From: Mobula hypostoma
Lineage: Eukaryota
NCBI RefSeq assembly: GCF_963921235.1
Contig: NC_086097.1
Location: forward strand, 17,670,001 to 17,734,000
Length of the DNA stretch: 64,000 nucleotides
Direction: 5' to 3'
Shown here: in pieces, positions 39,570 through 53,112 of the stretch
How the letters are laid out: each line of letters starts with the position of its first letter
Position numbering within the stretch: position 1 is the stretch's first letter
The notes under the pieces: model-generated
What the model was told of the DNA's origin: nothing
Seen by the model: only the letters and a program-made list of their open reading frames with translations
Database searches by the model: none
Made by a program: the position numbers and the translations under genes

Positions 39570-39880
39570 TGTGGCACAGTAGCACAGCTAGTAAAACTGG
39601 TGTATTATGGCTTCAGTAATCTGATTCAGCCTTAACCTTTATAGTTGTCTGTGCATTCTTCCTGTGGCCAAATAACCTGGTGGGTTTCACCTGGGTACTC
39701 TGGTTTACCCCACATCCCAAAGCTATATGGGTTGATATTTGGCCACAGTAAACTGGCCTTAGTTTGCAGGTGAGTGCTAGAATCTGGGCAAGTTGATGAG
39801 AGTTTGTTGTAGGGCTGGTGTAATTGGGTCTTCACTGGCTGGCACAAGCTTGATTAGTCAAAAAGCCTGTTTCTGTATAT
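39570..39880 (+). mobile_element. V-SINE/HE1-like SINE
   Basis: Head ggcacagtagcacagctag and V-domain-like gtgggtttcacctgggtactctggtttaccccacatcccaaag. Confidence 0.7.
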
Positions 39881-40273
39881 AACTCCATTACTCAGAAGAT
39901 CCAGGCCATACAGTTATGATCATAGCATAGCTTTTTGATTATTGAAACACATGATGAAATTATGTTAACATCTGCAAAAAAGCGTTTTCAGAATAATATT
40001 TAGTGGGATCATTCTTAGGGCTCTTTTCTGTATGCAGATCAAAATTCAGATGATCTGTGTTCATAGAATATAATGCCTACCATTTTGTGGAGAGGCATAT
40101 GGGATTCTTTAATGTAGATTGTATTGGTCTATCAATTCTCTGAATGCTTTCAATTTCTCTCAGTCCTATATCAATTTGCTGTAAAATTATGACTATAAAC
40201 TCTACCTTGTATTATTTTGTATTGTGCATGTACTCTTTTGTGAATTTTAAAATGGTCTTTTTCTTGATCCCAG

Positions 40274-40396
40274 ACATTAACGAATGCCTGATGTCAGGAA
40301 TGTGTCAAAATGCTAACTGTCTGAATACCAGAGGTAGCTACAGATGTACCTGTAATCCAGGATATATGTTGGATACTTCCAGGAGCCATTGCATCT
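40274..40396 (+). CDS. LTBP2: LTBP2 exon C, calcium-binding [44 protein letters not shown](S)
   Basis: Acceptor cccag| and donor T|gtaagt. 123 nt, phase 1-1. Fits the cbEGF consensus (DINEC, CxNTxGSY, 6 Cys). Confidence 0.96.
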
Positions 40397-41504
40397 GTAA
40401 GTAATAATCTGATTATTTTCTGCTGCTTAAAATCTGTTACATATCAGGATACAATTAAAGACAACATTTATTAGGTTCTTCATATTCAGTTATGATATCT
40501 TTTATGTTAAATAGACAACTATGAGAAAACCAGAATATCAGCGAGTCAGAATGTAGGTGAGAACATGCTTGCTGGCATTGCACCTGTTTTAGGAAGCGTT
40601 TTTAGATTTCAGTTGGGAGTCTGAGCTCCGATGTACATTAAAATATCACCACTAGTTCTTCAAAGGCAATAACAGATGGGCAAATAATCCCTTACTAATG
40701 ATGTTCATATTCTGAAAAAAATTATGAACAAGCTAAAAGCTTTTAAAGTCTGGCATGTTGAAACTCTAAGCATCCTAACTGTGTGGGTGCTACAGAAAGT
40801 AGTGTTGCTGCTTCAAATCTCCACTGAGTTGGAACTTCTGTTGTCTATGTGGAATTTGCATAAACGGACTCAGGGTCTTGGATTATATTATATTTTTTTG
40901 TGTGACTGTACATTTACTGCTATCTTATATGTGCTATATGGGCCTTGTGCTGTGTATGAATGTTGGTACCTTGTTTTTCACCTTGGCCCTGGAGGAACAC
41001 TGTTTCGTTTGACTATATTTATGGATATTCGTGTATGTGTGAATGACAATTAAACTTGAACTAGTCATTTTCCATCTAGTTACAACTCCTTCAATATGAT
41101 CACTGATAGCTGTGGGTCAAATACATGGACAATTATACGTAAAGACTCGAAAATTGCCAACATCTGGTTATATTACTATCCATTACTCTAGATCTAGTAT
41201 TTAACATTAATAAAAACAATTTTGGATAATTATAAATATTCTAAGCACTGAGAACTATCATGCATATACTCTGAAGCTACTGTTAGCCTGCAAATGGAAG
41301 TTAATCAATTATTTTAGTCCTTAGATACTTGGCACATAAATGACAACAGGTTAATATCGTAGTGCTCCTCATTGCAAGTCCAAATCTAAGAAAAGATGCA
41401 AATTGATGCTCAGGATACTGGAGTCCTGTTTTCCTTCCGATACCTCCATTTGTTCTTGCTCATTCAAATTCTAAAGAGAGCTTTCGACACATTAGTGTTC
41501 ATAA

Positions 41505-42090
41505 ATCAGAACACTGAGTACAGGAGCTGAGATGTTGAAGCTGTATAAGATGTTGCTGAGGCCTCATTTGGAGTATTGTGTGCAGTACTTTCAATAAACT
41601 TAAAAGAGTACAGAGAAAATGAACGAGGATATTGCCAGTGCCTGAGGACTTGAGTTATAGGAAAGGTTGAATTGGCTCGGATATATATTCCCTGGACCTC
41701 AGAGGAATGAGGGGAGATTTGATAGTGGTATACAAAATAATGAGGTGTATAGATAAGATTAAGTTGCTTGCAGGTTTTTTTCCCATCAGGTTGGGTGAGG
41801 TAAGAACGAAAGGTCATAGGTTTAGGGTGAAAGAGAAAATATTAAAGGGGAATTTGTGGAGGAACAACTTAACCATAGGATGGTGCAAGTATGGAACAAT
41901 TTACCAGCAGAAGTGGTAGATGCAAATTCAATTGTAATATTAAAGAGAAGTTTGGATAGGTATATGGATGAAAGAGGTATAATGGGCTATAGTCTGGATG
42001 CAAATAGATGGGACTCTGCAGAAGATGACTGGGATGGACAAGATGGACTGAAGGGTCTGTTTCTATGCTGTGACTCTTTAACTCTGTATT
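41505..42090 (+). mobile_element. CR1 3' fragment
   Basis: Peptides MRGDLIVVYKIMR and VWNNLPAEVV. Confidence 0.85.
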
Positions 42091-42489
42091 CTCCACTTAT
42101 CCTACTTATTTTTCTATTGTAATCCCCTGATGTTGACACATGTCTTAACTGATGTTCATTTTGAAAGTGTTTTACTGTGCATTGTTACCTCAATAGAGTA
42201 ACCAAAGGCTGCTTCTAGTTTGTGTGGTTCAAAATGAAATCTCAATTTTTTCAGATCCTTTGGGTGGGTGCAGGTGTGGTGGGAGGTCAGGTGAGAGCTA
42301 GGTTGTGGTAAGGAACACGGCCTTCAAAATTTAACACCTAAACACAAGACAAAGACCAAGAGGGTAGCTTCCACTTTCAAAAACAATGCTTGCCACTTTT
42401 GAAAATCAGAGAATGAAAGTGAAGGCATTTTCAAAAATTCAGCAACTCAGAAATATTTCTGATATTCTCCCTCGTCTAATTTAAAAGTA

Positions 42490-43500
42490 TTATGCCTAGA
42501 AATCAGACCAGACCTATTTATATTCAGTGAAATGTTGAAAATTGCAACTATAGAAGGAGTCTCCTTATTGTCAGGCAGAATGAAAGTCATCATCAGGCTT
42601 CTCTCCAACCATCTTCTCCCTGTACCAAAGTGAAGCTTTCCAAATTGCAGTGTGGATTTTCTTTTATCAAGAGCCACAGTGGTCATGATCTTAAGCACAT
42701 AAAAGCTCACAAAAATTGCAAGGACTAGCACCAGACAACATCTTCACTAAAGCCTTTGGCTCTATCATGAAAACCTATCGAGCCCCATCATCAAATTTAG
42801 CTGCCATCTCCATCTTATATTTGCTGCATAATGATATGCAAGCCATGATACTACCCAACAAGTTCAGTAAAAGAAAAATCTCCATGATGACTGGTGTCTA
42901 ACAAGGCTGCATCATTGTGGCAACATTTTTTAAAATCTTTCTTTCTGTGGTGTAGCATGCCATCTCAGACGCTACCCTTGGACAATAAAGGTTCATGATA
43001 AGACTCCAAAAAAAACGCGTTTTAGATCTTGGGAGCCAGCTTCCAATGAAGGCAGGCATTGATAATAAAATTCATCACAGTCTTTAATATGCCAGCACAG
43101 GCTCTTTGCAATTGAGGGAAAGAGATAAAAGCTTCAGACTTGGCTCAGAACTTATGGTGTACTCAGCAGCAGTGGTCCCTGCCCTTGTATGTGCTTCTTA
43201 GGATCTGATCTACTTATATCCAGCTGTCTGAAGCACTGGAAAAATACAAGTATGTGCTATTGCTGCAACATCTTTCAAATTTGCTGGAAAGATAAACCAT
43301 TCAATGTCAGTATTCTCTCCCAGGCCAATATCTATTGTACTGAGTCTCTGTTTACTTTTAATGGACTTACATTTTTTCACTCTTGTGCCTGACAGTAAAC
43401 TCAGGAAGCACAAACTCTATTCCAATCTCTCTGAGGAGATTACAAAACAGAGGAAAAAATTTGAAGCATTTGCACAATATTTTCTTTAAAATGTAACACC
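42490..43500 (+). mobile_element. Old RTE-clade LINE fragment
   Basis: TGV*QGCIIVATFF (RT motif GVKQGC) and decayed downstream RTE-like coding sequence. Confidence 0.55.
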
Positions 43501-43608
43501 CCCTTTATCTATCTCCTGCAAGATGGTGCCGGTGAAAAATGACAACACCGTGCAGGCAGCTTATAATACTTCTATATCTCTATATATCTATATATAGACT
43601 ATATATAG

Positions 43609-43612
<4 letters not shown>

Positions 43613-43652
<40 letters not shown>
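43613..43652. repeat. (AC)n microsatellite, about 20 units, abutting the Tc1 terminus
   Basis: Read directly from the sequence. Confidence 0.95.
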
Positions 43653-43656
<4 letters not shown>

Positions 43657-45083
43657 GAAGTCAGAAGTTTACATACACTTTGTAAGTATTTGGTGGCATT
43701 GCCTTTAATTTGTTTAACTTGGGTCAAACATTGTAGCCTTCCACAAGCTTCTCACAGTAAGTTGCTGGAACTTTGTTCCATTCCTCCAGACAGAACTGGT
43801 GTAACTGAATCAGGTTTGTAGGCCTCCTTGCTCGCACACGCTTTTTCAGTTCTACCCACAAACTTTCTATTGGATTGAGGTCAGGGCTTTGTGACTCCAA
43901 TACCTTGACTTTGTTGTCCTTAAGCAATTTTGCCACAACTTTGGAGGTATGCTTGGGGTCATTGTCCATTTGGAAGACTCATTTGCGACCAAGCTTTAAC
44001 TTCCTGGCTGATGTCTTGAGATGTTGCTTCAATATATCCACATAATTTTCCTTCCTCATGATGCCATCTATTTTGTGAAGTGCACCAGTCCCTCCTGCAG
44101 CAAAACACCCCACAACATGATGCTGCCACCCCCATGCTTCACGGTTGGGATGGTGTTCTTCGGCTTGCAAGCGTCACCCTTTTTCCTCCAAACATAACGA
44201 TGGTCATTATGGCCAAACAGTTCAATTTTTGTTTCATCAGACCAGAGGACATTTCTCCAAAAAGTAAGATCTTTGTCCCCATGTGCACTTGCAAACTGTA
44301 GTCTGGCTTTTTTATGGCAGTTTTGGAGCAGTGGCTTCTTCCTTGCTGAGCAGCCTTTCAGGTTATGTCGCTATAGGACTCATTTTACTGTGGATATAGA
44401 TACTTGTCTACCTGTTTCCTCCAGCATCTTCAAAAGGTCCTTTGCTGTTGTTCTGGAATTGATCTGCACCTTTTGTGCCAAAGTACGTTCATCTCTGGGA
44501 GACAGAATGCGTCTCCCTCCTGAGCGTTATGACGGCTGCGTGGTCCCATGGTGCTTATACTTGCATACTACTGTTAGTACAGATGAACGTGGCACCTTCA
44601 GGTGTTTGGAAATTGCTCCCAAGCAGTTGAACCAGACTTGACATAATTTTCTGACCTCAATCCGACAGAAAATTTGTGGGCAGAACTGAAAAAGCATGTG
44701 CGAGCAAGGAGGCCTACAAACCTGACTCAGTTAGACCAGTTTTGTTTGGAGGAATGGAACAAGATTCCAGCAACTTACTGTGAGAAGCTTGTGGAAGGTA
44801 CCCAAAACATTTGACCCAAGTTAAACAATTTAAAGGCACTGCTACCAAATACTAACAAAGTGTATGTAAACTTCTGACCCACTGGGAAAGTGATGAAAGA
44901 AATAAAAGCTGAAATAAATCATTCTCGTTACTATTATTCTGACATTTCACATTCTTAAAATAAAGTAGTGATCCTAACTGACCTACAACAGGGAATGGTT
45001 TTGAGGATTAAATGTCAGGAATTGTGAAAAACTGAGTTTAAATGTATTTGGCTAAGGTGTATGTAAACTTCTGACTTCAACTG
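43652..45083 (-). mobile_element. Tc1/mariner IR/DR transposon of the Sleeping Beauty family, rearranged. Transposase pseudogene on minus (about 44640-43686).
   Basis: Termini cagttgaagtcagaagtttacatacac and gtgtatgtaaacttctgacttcaactg|TA. Peptides VLWSDETKIELFG, TVKHGGGSIM, MDNDPKHTSKVVAK and SPDLNPIE (DD34E-type). Confidence 0.96.
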
Positions 45084-45329
45084 TACTTCTTTTGAACTAT
45101 TTTTACTGCAATCTGCAGTCTGTAGTTTCCCTTTAAGTAACATCGTTTTGAACTGTCTTAATGAACTAGGGATTTCACGATCTTTTGAAGGACCCAGTGG
45201 GCTTAACTCTCGTGAATGTAGGTATGTCATCATTAAATGGTTGAAGGTACATCGCCATGACTGTAAAAGAGGGAGGAGGGAAAGATTCCAAGCAGACCAA
45301 AACACGGGGTATGAAACTTCCTCTACCAG

Positions 45330-45800
45330 TTTAATGGTTGCTTGTCTTTGGTATCCAGCAATGACATTTAGATTTCTGCAGTCCTTTTGTGTGTCCATAG
45401 GTGGCTCCTGTGTCCAAGTTGTGAACGACATAGATGTCCCCAATAAGGACATGAAACATGTGCTGGATCTGGAAGTGGAGCTGCAGCTATTGCTTTACTT
45501 CTTTGTCAGGCACCGGTTAGCACACGGCTTGCTAGCCACTCCGGTCTTGCGCACTCTGTTCCAGCCATTTTGGTACAAGCCCAACATGTGTAATGTTAGC
45601 TTTCATGCAATCTTTGAAATTCTTACAGGGCCTGACTTGATTCATCTTGCCTAGCAAAAGCCCGCTACTTATAGCTGCTTGGAGATTTGGGAATCCTTCA
45701 TGCATATGACATGCCCTGTCCACTAAAACTGTGATTTTGCAATCGTGGCCTCAACTCTCATGGTCCTTGCCCTGTTGAGGGCCTCTAGGTTTGTGACTAG
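45330..45800 (-). mobile_element. RTE-clade LINE 3' fragment
   Basis: Peptide RPCKNFKDCMKANI..LEQSAQDRSG, typical of the RTE C-terminus. Confidence 0.65.
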
Positions 45801-46669
45801 GTCCTACCACGAGATGCCATCTGCAAACAAGAAGCAACCTAACCTGATGCCTTTCAAATCATTGATGGGGATCCTCACAAAATTATTCAGAATCTTTCCC
45901 AACCAGAAGCCCTGAATGAACCATGAGATCCGCAATCTTGAGTGCCAGATCAGTGGCATTCAAATCCAGCAACCAAGTAAAAAACAAGTGGTCCAGGTAG
46001 GATCTTCAGAAAACCATCTCAGATGTGAGGTGGTAATTCCAGACCAAACGTAAATCTCTGGAAGAATCTTGGCAGCTGTGGCAGGGCTTGAAGGCTATCA
46101 CCTCCTTAAACAATGAAACCAAGCAACTTAAATGACGACAGGTTTTGTTCCCAGATGAGCTCAATGCCTTTTATGCTCACTTTGACTATCAAGACATGGA
46201 GGCACCTTCACGAACTTCCACAACTCTTGATGACCCTGTGATTTCAGTCTCTAAGGCTAATGTAAAAGCATCCTTCAGGAGAGCAAAACGATGGAAAGCA
46301 TCTGGCCTAGATGGGGTACCTGGCTGAGTACTAAAGACTTGTGCTGATCAACTGGCTGGAGTATTCGCTGATATCTATAGCCTCTCACTTTGGCAGTCTG
46401 AGCTACCCATCTGCTTCAAGCAGGCTTCAATTATACTGGTGCTTAAGAAGAACAAGGTAACCTGCCTCGATGACTGTCATCCACTAGCAATTATATCCAC
46501 TATGTTGAAGTGCTTTGAGAGGTTGATAATGAAACATATCAATTCCTGCTTGAGAAGCAATTTGGAAAAGCCATTTCATTGGCCATTCTTTCAACCCCGA
46601 AACATCTGGACAGTGAATATGAATACATCGTGCTCAACATTTCATGCTATCATCCCCTCAAAACTAATC

Positions 46670-49600
46670 TTTCTTTTTATATCTTTTTATTGAATTAGTA
46701 CACGAAGAGTAAAACATATAGTAACAAATACATTGTTAGGATATAAATATAAAAGTAATATTAATGCAAGAAAAAACAATACAATGTATGTTAATTACAG
46801 AATAACAAGGTAATATAATTGTATACTAATTTTTCATATATACCAACAGAACGGAAAAAAAAACAGAAAAAACCTACCATGCAACTAACCTAACAAAGCA
46901 AAGCAATGGGCTAACTAGGTATATACTAGACTTTGAACAATTAAACAATCGTGTCCTTAAACTCGACCTCCGCTAATAACAGATAAAATCCACGAAGGGA
47001 ATGTATATATGGTCAGAGAGAAAGAAATAGTTACATTAAATGAAAATATTGAATAAATGATCTCCAGGTCTGTTCAAATTTAACTGAAGTATCATAAAGA
47101 TTACTTCTGATTTTTTCCAAATTTGAACACAGTATCGTTTGAGAGAAAAAACGTAGTTGGGGCATTAATCTCCTTCCAATGTTGTAGAATACATCTTTTC
47201 GCCATTAAAGTAAGAAATGCAATCATTCTACGAGCTGAGGGGGGTAAGTTACTAGAAGTTTTAGGTAATCCAAAGATAGCAGTAATAGGATGGGGAGAAA
47301 TATCACTATTCAGAACTTTTGAGATAATATTAAAAATGTCTCTCCAAAAAGTTTCCAGACTAGGACAAGACCAAAACATGTGGGTCAAGGAAGCTACCTC
47401 CCCATGACATCTATCACAAAGAGGGTTAATTTGAGAGTAATAATGAGCTAATTTATCTTTAGACATATGTGCTCTATGGACAACTTTAAATTGAATTAAA
47501 GAGTGTTTGGAACAGATAGAGGAAGTATTAACAAGTTGTAAAATATAGGCCCAGTCCTCAGCCGGGATAGTAAGACCCAATTCCCTTTCCCAGTCAGTCC
47601 TAATCTTGTCGAATGGAGCTTTCCTAAATTTCATGATAATATTATAAAGAATAGCCGTTACACCTTTCTGAAATGGGTTAAGGTTAATGATAGCGTCTAA
47701 AATATTTGTGGGGGGTAACGCCAGAAAGGAAAAGAGTGTGGTATTTAGGAAATTTCTAACTTGCAAATATCTTATATAAAAAAAAATGTGTTCTTGGTAA
47801 ACTGTATTTATTAGGTAACTGTTCAAAAGACATAAGGGAGCCATCTGAAAATAAGTCAGAAAACCGTGATATACCATTAGTCTGCCAAATTTGAAAGGCA
47901 CGGTCCGTAGAGGGGGAGAGAAAAAATATATTACCTATAACAGGAATCGCTAGCACAAATTGATTAAGATAAAAAGATTTTCGGAATTGAAATCAGATAC
48001 GTAAGGTATGTTTAACTATTGGGTGCAAACCTGCTTATACCGTTTCAAATCGGAAGGAAGGGAAGATCCTAATATAGAGCCAAGTGCATAGCCTGAACAG
48101 AATGTAATTCCAATACTACCCATTTAGGAATGGATGGTGTATCTTGGTCAAGTAACCAAAATTTCATGTGTCGAATATTAATTGCCCAGTAATAAAATCT
48201 AAAGTTAGGTAATGCCAAGCCTCCATCTCTCTTAGCTTTCTGTAGATGTATTTTACCCAACCTCGGGTTTTTATTTTGCCAAATAAATGAAGAGATTCTA
48301 GAGTCTACTTTATCAAAAAAGGATTTTGGAACAAAAATTGGTAATGCCTGAAATATATATAAAAATTTTGGCAGAATAAACATCTTAACAGCATTAATAC
48401 AACCAGTCAAAGTTAAATAAAGTGGAGACCATTTTAAGGAAAGTTGTGTGATATGGTCAATTAAGGGTAAATAATTAGCCTTAAATAAATCCTTATGTTT
48501 ACAGGTAATTCCCAAGATAGGACCAATGATTATTAACCGATCTAAATGGCAGGTTCTGATATAAGGGAACTTGCTTATTAATAGGGAAAAGTTCACTCTT
48601 ATTAACATTTAATTTGTATCCTGAAAAAAGATTAAATTGGGCTAATAAATCTAGAGCTGCTGGGATAGATTTTTGAGGATTAGAAATATATAAGAGTAAG
48701 TCATCAGCGTAAAGTGATACTATGAGACTTTAATCCACGAGTTATACCGATAACATTAGGAGATTCTCGAAGCAATTGCTAGTGGTTCTAATGCTATATC
48801 AAATAATAAAGGGCTCAGAGGACACCCTTGTCTGGTACCTCGAAATAGAGGGGAAAAAAAGGTGAGTTTTGAGTATTAGTACGAACTGACGCCATAGGAG
48901 AATGGTAAAACAATTTAATCCAGGATATAAGTTTCGGGCTGAAGTTAAACATTTCAAGCACCTTAAATAAGTAGGGCCATTCAACCCTGTCAAAGGCTTT
49001 CTCAGCGTCTAGGGAAATGACGCATTCAGCATCGGTTTGTGACAGGGTATAGACAATATTTAAACGTGTACGAATATTATAAAAAGAATAGCAATTCTTA
49101 ATAAAACCCGTTTGATCTTCCGAAATAATATAAGGAAGTGCTTTTTCTAGTCTATTTAAAAATCTTGGAGTCAACATTTAACAAGGATATTGGTCTATAA
49201 GATGCGCATTGAGCGGGGTCTTTATCCTTCTTTAATATTAAAAAAATCAATGCTCTATAAAAGGATTCTGGTAGATTACCAAGTTTTAGTGAGGCCTCCA
49301 AAACCCTGGTTAACCAGGGGACTAATGAGGGTGCAAAAGATTTTAAAAATTCCACGGTAAACCTATCAGGGCCAGGAGCTTTCCCCGAGTTCATAGAAAA
49401 AATAACATTCTTAATCTCATCAGTAGTGAAGGAAGTTTCTAACATAGAACATATATCGTGTGATATCTTAGGGAAGTCTAGGTTATCTAAAAAGTCACAC
49501 ATATGTTTAAAATCTCGTGGAGATTCTGATCGATATAAAGAGGAATAAAAATCAAAGGAGGATTGATTAATCTCAGCTTGATCAAATGTCAGTTGATCTT

Positions 49601-52118
49601 TTTGATTATAAATCTGATAATTTGAAGTTTATTGGAGTTGGTCTTCAACCCATTAGCCAACAGTTTACCAACTTTGTCACTATGTATATAAAATTCACTT
49701 CTTGTCTTCATTAATTGATTTGCAATAGAGGATGAAAGTAATAAACTGTGTTCCATTTGAAGTTCAGTTGTTTGTTTATACAGCTCAGAAGGAGCTGTAG
49801 CATATTTCTTATCTATTTCCTAAATCTTGTCCACAAGAGCAAGTTCTTCCTTCTTCAACCTTTTCCTCAAAGCAGCAGAGTACGATATAATCTGGCCACA
49901 AATATAAGCTTTGGAGGTATCCCAAAGGGTGTTCAAGGATATATCCTCTGTACTGTTAATTGTAAAAAAAGAGCAATCTGTTCACTCATGAAGTTAACAA
50001 AATCCAAGTCCTGAAGCAACAGCGAATTAAAACGCCATTGTCTAGTGTTATGAGCATTGGCCAATAATTTAATAGAAAACTTAAGTGGAGCATGGTCTGA
50101 AATGGTTATAGAGTCATATTCACATTTAACTACTGAGGAAATAAGACGAGAGTCAATAACTTGAGTAAGAGTGATGAACATGTGTTAAAAAAAAAGTCTT
50201 GGGGATGTAAAAACCGCCAAATGTCCGTCGACCCCGAATCTGAGAGAAATGAATTAATCAAGGGTGCAGATTTATTGGGTGCAGTCCGTATAGGGGCCAA
50301 ACGGTCCAATAGTGGGGATAAACAAGTATTAAGATCTCCGCCCCAGATTAGTGTAAACTCATTCAAATTTGGAAACATTAAATAAAGATATATAAAATTC
50401 CGGACAGTCTGAGTTTGGAGCATAAGTGTTAACCAGAACTACCTTTTTATTAAAAAGTAAACCACTAACCAGTAAAAATCTACCATTCGGATCAGAGATA
50501 ATATCCTGTTGCACAAATATAATTGAGGGATCTATGAAATAGGAACTCCTCTAACTTTTACATTAGAATTCGAGTGGTATTGCTAATCCTTCCAGAACTT
50601 AAAAAAACATAATCTGTCCCACCTCCGCACATGGGTCTCTTGTACAACTAAAATATGTGCTTTAAGTCTCTGGAATACTTTGAAGATTTTTTCCTTTTAA
50701 TTGGTTGATTAAGACCGTTAGATTCCAAGAGACAAAATTAACAGTAGAATTCATAACCCCGAAAGTCAACCCTCAAATAAAGGGAGGATTGACAATAGAT
50801 TCAACCCACGAACCCGGAAAGGGAACAGAGTAAACAGGAGATAACGAGAAAGACGACGCAAAAAATACTTCAATAATATATGAGTAGCCCAAGAAGAAAA
50901 AAAAAACTATAAAGTGAAGCCCCCCCCCGGCCCCGTAACCCCAAAGCTAAATCTAGAATAGACTAGCCAGATAGAAGCAAGAACTAAATCTACCCCCATG
51001 ATTTCCAATAAACGCTCAGTAAAAAAGTGTATATATAAAAAAGATCAACTAAAGTTGAAAAACAGAAGAGTGAAAAAATCAAGAAGTACACCAACTAAAA
51101 CGAAAAAGATATAATACAAAGAAGAAAATATATATATATATTTATCCCCAGGGAAGAAGAAGAAATGACGTAGTTAAAAAAAGAGTTTGGTAACCATATT
51201 AGTTAAACAAAAAAAAATTCTGCCCTCAGATAGAGCAAAAAAAAAGAAAAAGGAAAATAAAACCAGACAGATTAAACAGATTAGCACCCTCCAATCAGGC
51301 ACTGATAATTTAACAGTGCAATTAGGATGTTGAAGGTGAGAGTTGATCCAGGTAGCTCTGGGCATCCGACGGAGAGTTGAAAAAACGGGGAGACCCATCA
51401 GACATTCGGATCCTCAAACGTGAGGGATATAGCAGAACTGGCTTTAAATCCATCTTGTAGAATTCCGCCATCACATCTATAACGAACACGTTGGACGCAA
51501 ACCTGTTTGCTAAAGTCCTCCACCAATCGAAAGCGGAGATCTGAAAAATCAATGTAGCCTTTAGGTCGAGTAGCCTTTAGCAAAACGGAACAACTTTTCC
51601 TCGTCTTGAAAATAATAAAATCGTATAATAACATGCCGAGGCTCGCCTGACTTAGACGAATACGATGGAACTCTATGAGCCCTGTCCAATAGTGGTGGTT
51701 GATCAGGAAACAAGGTGGGAAATTAGTCTTTTAAAAGTTGAGAGAAAATCTTAATAGGGTCTTCAGATTCCACGCCATCTTTGAGTCCGATAATTCTTAT
51801 ATTCTGACGACGCGTTCTGCATTCTAAATCAGAATTTTTAAAGGTAAGGAATTCACGTTGTTTCTTCATTGTGCCGGGTCAACAACAGGAGTGGGGTCGG
51901 TAACTTTCAGTCTGACAGGAGGTTTGCCGTTTTTCCCGTTCTTAGACATACCGGACCTTAAAAGCATCCAAATATATAATGACAATCAACTCCGAGGTAT
52001 TGTAAAGGGCGGTGCCTTAAAAGTTAGCTTAAATGTAGCTGATCATAGGATAAAGATCAGAGGTAATGGAGCGGATCTAAAACACAACCTCACACCATGA
52101 GCACCACTGGAAGTCTCC
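46670..52118 (-). mobile_element. Full-length L1-clade LINE (about 5.45 kb), inactivated. ORF1 about 51949-51322; ORF2 from about 50754.
   Basis: ORF1 LECRTRRQNIRIIGL..LDRAHR. ORF2 GGDLN, ISDHAP, GKAPGPD, YRPISLLNVD, SLDAEKAFDRVEW, YADD and CDRC..HMFWSC. AATAAA and an A-rich tail. TSD caaaactaatc (46659-46669) and caacactaatc (52118-52128). Confidence 0.95.
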
Positions 52119-53112
52119 AACACTAATCAATGAGATTCTAGACCCAAGCCCCAATGCTTCCTTGTACAACTGGGTCCTCGATTTCCTCACTTGCAGATCT
52201 TAGTTGGTTCAGACTAGCAACAAAATCTCCTCAATAATTTCCATCTGCACAGGTGTACCAGATGGCTGAGTACATAGCCCCTTTGTCTATTCACTTTATA
52301 CTTATGACTGTGATGCTAAGCACAGCTTCAATGCCATATTTAAGTTTGCTGACAACACCTCTATCATTCGTTGAATCAAATGTGGTCACGAATCAGCATG
52401 AAGCGGGGAAATTGAAAATCTGGTCGAGTAGTGCTGCAACAACATCTCACTCAATGTCAGGAACTGATTATGGACTTCAGGAGGAGGAAAGTGGAGGTCT
52501 ATGAGCTAGTCCTCATCAGGGGATCACAGGTGGAGAGGTCAGCAGTTTTAAATTCACTGGTGTTTTCATTTCAGAGGATCTGTGCTGGGTCCAGCACATA
52601 AGTACCATTGCAAAGAAAGCAAAGGCAGTGCATCTACTTCCTTAGAAGTTTGTGAAGATTTAGCCTGTCATCTGAAACTTTGACAACCTTCTAATAGATA
52701 TGCAGTGGAAAGTATATTGACCAGTTGCATCACAGCTTGATATGGAAACATCAAAGCCTTTGAACGGAAAAGTGTACAAAATGTAATGGATACAGCCCAG
52801 TCCATAATGGGTAACGCCCTCCCCATCATTGAGCACATTTGCATGGAGCACTGTCACAGAAAAGCATCATGCATCATCGAGGGCCCCCACCATCCAGGCC
52901 ACGCTATCTTCTCGTCATTGTAATCAGGAAGGAAATACAGTTGCCTCTGGACCCACATCACCAGGTTCAGGAACAGTTATTATCTCTCAGCCATCAAGCC
53001 CTTGAACAAGAAGGGATAACTGCACTCAACTTCACTCACCCCTTCACTGAACTGTTCCCATAACCTATGGACTCACTTTTAAGGACTCTTCATCTCATGT
53101 TCTCGATATTTA

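Noticed and set aside
40144..40273. N-terminal extensions of the exon-containing ORFs (also 59702-59717 and 62091-62100)
   Set aside because: These are intronic polypyrimidine and acceptor sequence read in frame; the splice sites define the real boundaries.
45148..45654. 168-aa ORF as a novel gene
   Set aside because: It crosses the junction of a Rex1-like piece and an antisense RTE fragment, so it is a chance open frame.
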